DNA of 64,000 nucleotides from NCBI GenBank assembly GCA_000165345.1, contig CM000435.1, positions 960,001 to 1,024,000 of the forward strand, read 5' to 3'. Shown piece by piece: positions 62,001 to 64,000 of this stretch (position 1 is its first letter; each line of letters starts with the position of its first letter). The notes under the pieces were generated by a model. It saw only the letters and a program-made list of their open reading frames with translations, ran no database searches and was not told where the DNA came from. The position numbers and the translations under genes were made by a program.

Positions 62001-63847
62001 AAGATATTATCCTGAATAGATCCTGTCTGAACCCATGGAATTTGAGCAACGTATGCTAATTTTCCTTTCTTAATAACTTGTCCACTAGATGGAGAGATTT
62101 CTCCAATGATTGCTGATAATAAGCCAGTTTTTCCACTTCCAATTGAACCAATAATAGCAACAATCTCTCCAGATTTTACTTCAAATGAGACATTCTTAAG
62201 CATAAGATTCCCATCTGGCCAATGAAGTCTAACATTTTGGAATTTAACATATCCTTTCATATTATTATATTTTTGAATTTCTTGATCTTGAATCTCAAAA
62301 ATCTTAGATCTAAGGAAATTTGGAGTCGATTTGGTAACATTATCAACTCTCTTTTGTTCTGAAATGACCAAAAAGTCTCTAATTCTATTACATGCCATAA
62401 TAATATCATGGAAAGAAGAGTAAGAAAAAGGGAAACAAGATAATACTGAGCTTAGAGTTTCAAATAAACCCTCAGCAAAAAATACAGTAGCTGGATCAAG
62501 CTTATTTCCCATTAAAACATATACTAATGAAGTAACTAATGTTGCTTGCATTGTAGTACTGTAAATTCCCATAGATAAAGCTCTAAACTTTCCTTGTTTA
62601 ACAAGGCTTTTGATTTCATTATTTCTACAATCAGTAATTTTCTTAGTAAAACATTCTTCCCAAGCATAAGATTTAATAATCTTCATGAAAGATAAACATT
62701 CACTTGTGTATCTTATTCTTTGATCTTGATAAATAAGATATGGCTTTCTTTCAAGAGCTCTAAAATGTAAAGCTGTAGCACTGATAAGCATATTAGCAAT
62801 AACTACAGAAATTCCAAATAAAGCAGAGATTCCAAGCTGTGAATAAAGACATAATGTCAGAGCAACCAATAGAAAAGTTGCAGAATAGAAAAGATGAGCA
62901 GATATGAGTCTACTTAATTTAAAGACATCGTTACCCATTAAGTTAACAAAGTTATGAGCAATTCCAGGATTATCAGAGCCTTGAATATTTTTAATTCTAG
63001 GATTAAAGGAACCATTAGACTGTTTTTTGTTTTGAGATGGCATATTAAATTCAAAAGAGTCCATTAGTAAAAGCTTCCTATACAAAACTCCAGAAACAAG
63101 ACACTTAGAATATCTTCCTAAGTTAGTTACTAAACGATATTCTTGTTGCTTTAACATAGGGAATAATATTGTTAGAAAAGTCATTAAAAAGACAAGATAC
63201 ATTCCTCTTTGTAAGATTTCAAGATTTATTTCTCCAGTATTGAATCCCAAATTTCGAACAAAATTAGTGAGATAAGAGGAATTTTCAGTATAAGTTGAGG
63301 TAGGATTCTGCATACATAATAAAAGCTTTCTTAAAACAATAGACTGAGCAAGCAAACAAGTATCTGCCAGAACAACGAGTGAGAAAATGATAAATAATTC
63401 CCATTTAAATGTTAGAATCAAAGTATAGATAAGTGAAGGTTTTTTTTGATCAGAGGAAGATTTTTTAGTTTGAGCAGATTCGATAGAATCAACCAATTTT
63501 GCAGTTTCCAAATCATTAGTACGTTTTTCCTTTCTTTCATTATCAGAAATAATATTGCACCTTTTAAGTTCTCTTTCCCAATATTTGGTGAAATCAGGAA
63601 GTTTAAAACTTGGAGTGTCATAATCTGGGAGGTCAAAAAAATCGTTGTATTCTAAGTTTGAGTTGTAAGCCTTATCCATAATCTTAGTAAACCAGGAAAA
63701 AGTTAACATTGACAACCAACTCGCGTTTTCTTCTGGAGTTACTCCAGGTGATTTGGATTCTGCTTCATCATACTTTCCAGAATTAGTGCCATAGTTGGGC
63801 TCCAAATCCAGTTTTACGTATCCTTTTTCATTTTTTTCTTTTTCCAT
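59069..63847 (-). CDS. ABC transporter, ABCC/MRP-type full transporter (TMD-NBD-TMD-NBD), 1592 aa
   Basis: NBD1 has Walker A GSIGSGKTGL, signature LSGGQRQRISLARAV and Walker B VYVLDDCLSAVD. NBD2 has GRTGAGKSSI, LSAGQKQLLCLARALL and VVLLDEATSSVD. Two six-helix TMDs are present. A low-complexity linker of about 250 aa lies between NBD1 and TMD2. Confidence 0.85.
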   Translation of the reverse strand: MEKEKNEKGYVKLDLEPNYGTNSGKYDEAESKSPGVTPEENASWLSMLTFSWFTKIMDKAYNSNLEYNDFFDLPDYDTPSFKLPDFTKYWERELKRCNIISDNERKEKRTNDLETAKLVDSIESAQTKKSSSDQKKPSLIYTLILTFKWELFIIFSLVVLADTCLLAQSIVLRKLLLCMQNPTSTYTENSSYLTNFVRNLGFNTGEINLEILQRGMYLVFLMTFLTILFPMLKQQEYRLVTNLGRYSKCLVSGVLYRKLLLMDSFEFNMPSQNKKQSNGSFNPRIKNIQGSDNPGIAHNFVNLMGNDVFKLSRLISAHLFYSATFLLVALTLCLYSQLGISALFGISVVIANMLISATALHFRALERKPYLIYQDQRIRYTSECLSFMKIIKSYAWEECFTKKITDCRNNEIKSLVKQGKFRALSMGIYSTTMQATLVTSLVYVLMGNKLDPATVFFAEGLFETLSSVLSCFPFSYSSFHDIIMACNRIRDFLVISEQKRVDNVTKSTPNFLRSKIFEIQDQEIQKYNNMKGYVKFQNVRLHWPDGNLMLKNVSFEVKSGEIVAIIGSIGSGKTGLLSAIIGEISPSSGQVIKKGKLAYVAQIPWVQTGSIQDNILFGTKMDPEWYDAVIKACALWMDFQILPDGDQTLIGEKGINLSGGQRQRISLARAVYQKSDVYVLDDCLSAVDSHVAAHIFKNCICGLLGEKCVILVTHKLDIIPNVDRVILFDAEKKKQLYVGNPMGLSRLPSFTLQNISFESLQSAEEDGFETEIEGRKPFYGKVFGNLDKPQPRSLPLRGFPSSLATDSDRDNEITNTHNVYNRPITAPKDCSPLGPDDSETGKIVDDVVAVDLFDELVTKTENSTPSTPRVPTQDLINNTISSYKLGKTSQKSNRKGGTCENNLEKGKNPKLEMNSNLQTISLNEENHVSPYLRANKVGFIKGRTASIRMSGEKLRSHYRKESDSHFSESSMDFLQSSSSDRLVSGGGLFNNKKRAEIIQEESIELGSVSKETYYNYFSEWGVLNMIGILVCHIISGFIFSRNMFWLANWTGRKKLLDSSEISVSTSSSSIWEPDVFIYILLIIFYILSHITSTLLVRNGGINASRAFHEKLLSRLRYTKLSFFESTPIGRILNRFTGDLTNLDDSLPRNIGDLLVATAKVIVITVSISKVVPKFLICIPVLAYLFFQVSKKYAPMLRQSERFAAIYAAPILSHTVDTIDGLTTIRAFNAQERFIKKMDDAIRVEAQIRYHAGTAYRWLFVRLEIMGCIAVFTAGTLGVISVAYDPTTAGMFGAAMTFALSVSSCLNFGTRVLGEIEGVMVGLERIRDYTVSTPLEAMPILDKHRPPRNWPYQGRIEFHDLELRYKPEMPLVLNSISCNIHPGEKVGVVGRTGAGKSSIFISILRLVEAERGCIKIDDIDISSIGTFDLRSRISIIPQDPIIFSGTIRFNLDPLQQYTDEEIYQALKGSHLDSYVSNLALGLYTVLESGGQILSAGQKQLLCLARALLRQSKVVLLDEATSSVDSHTDSLIQKTIRAEFHNSTILAVAHRVQTVLDYDKIMVLDSGKIVEFDHPNLLLSNPKSIFYSLVHGER

Positions 63848-64000
63848 ATTAGTCTTGGAATTTCTTGACTTTTTCCAGTTAATGATTGGCCTTTAGCCAG
63901 GTTCCCGGCTTTCCATTTTCAACCGCCTTTATCCGTCCTCATGTCTAGTATACACAAAAAAATTAAAGTGCATCTTTTTATGCTTTTTCTTCATTATTGG

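Noticed and set aside
1-64000. Bacterial, phage or organellar origin; CRISPR arrays; transposons; rRNA or tRNA genes
   Set aside because: There are no direct-repeat/spacer arrays, no inverted terminal repeats and no rDNA-like conserved blocks. Genes have eukaryotic content (myosin, coronin, CDC14, eL6), spliceosomal introns and signal peptides. A scan by eye found no tRNA cloverleaf candidates, but a covariance-model search would be needed to be sure.
1-64000. Ciliate or another alternative genetic code
   Set aside because: Multi-kb ORFs are open under the standard code with ordinary TAA/TAG/TGA stops, so no reassignment is needed.

Overview
This window reads as compact nuclear DNA from an AT-rich, intron-poor protist, most likely an apicomplexan of the Cryptosporidium type. 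That organism call is an inference from the sequence and is not confirmed.

The evidence for it is:
- Long uninterrupted ORFs under the standard genetic code, about one gene per 2.6 kb, and very AT-rich intergenic DNA.
- A class-XIV MyoH-like myosin with an RCC1/ATS1 tail.
- Poly-Thr mucin-like and Pro-rich secreted proteins.
- Rare, short introns of 58-116 nt with GTAAGT-type donors.
- E2F-like GGCGCC / TTTSSCGC boxes 40-300 nt upstream of nearly every gene, a pattern previously described for Cryptosporidium promoters.

I count about 25 protein-coding genes and no rRNA, tRNA, CRISPR or transposon. The genes fall into three groups:
- **Housekeeping and cytoskeletal:** coronin, NudC, Rab11-like GTPase, EF-1gamma, RPL6e, CDC14, an RPB11/AC19-like RNA polymerase subunit, a two-RRM protein, an ABCC transporter, and a PAP-type metallophosphoesterase.
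- **A secretory/surface block at 1-16 kb:** a GPMG-repeat protein, an MFS-like transporter, a protein with four tandem CAP/SCP-like modules, and a poly-Thr mucin-like protein.
- **Giant proteins:** one of 3242 aa and one secreted protein of 1633 aa.

The supplied ORF track uses TTG/GTG as starts, so several of its N-terminal M residues are artefacts and I moved those starts to the first ATG. The track also misses introns. I reconstructed five spliced genes by hand. One of them is a hidden 3' exon that restores the CC prenylation motif of the Rab GTPase.

At two line boundaries of the printed sequence, 34260/34261 and 49140/49141, the printed text appears to have one base more than the track implies. 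Treat the coordinates I derived by hand there as plus or minus 1 nt.
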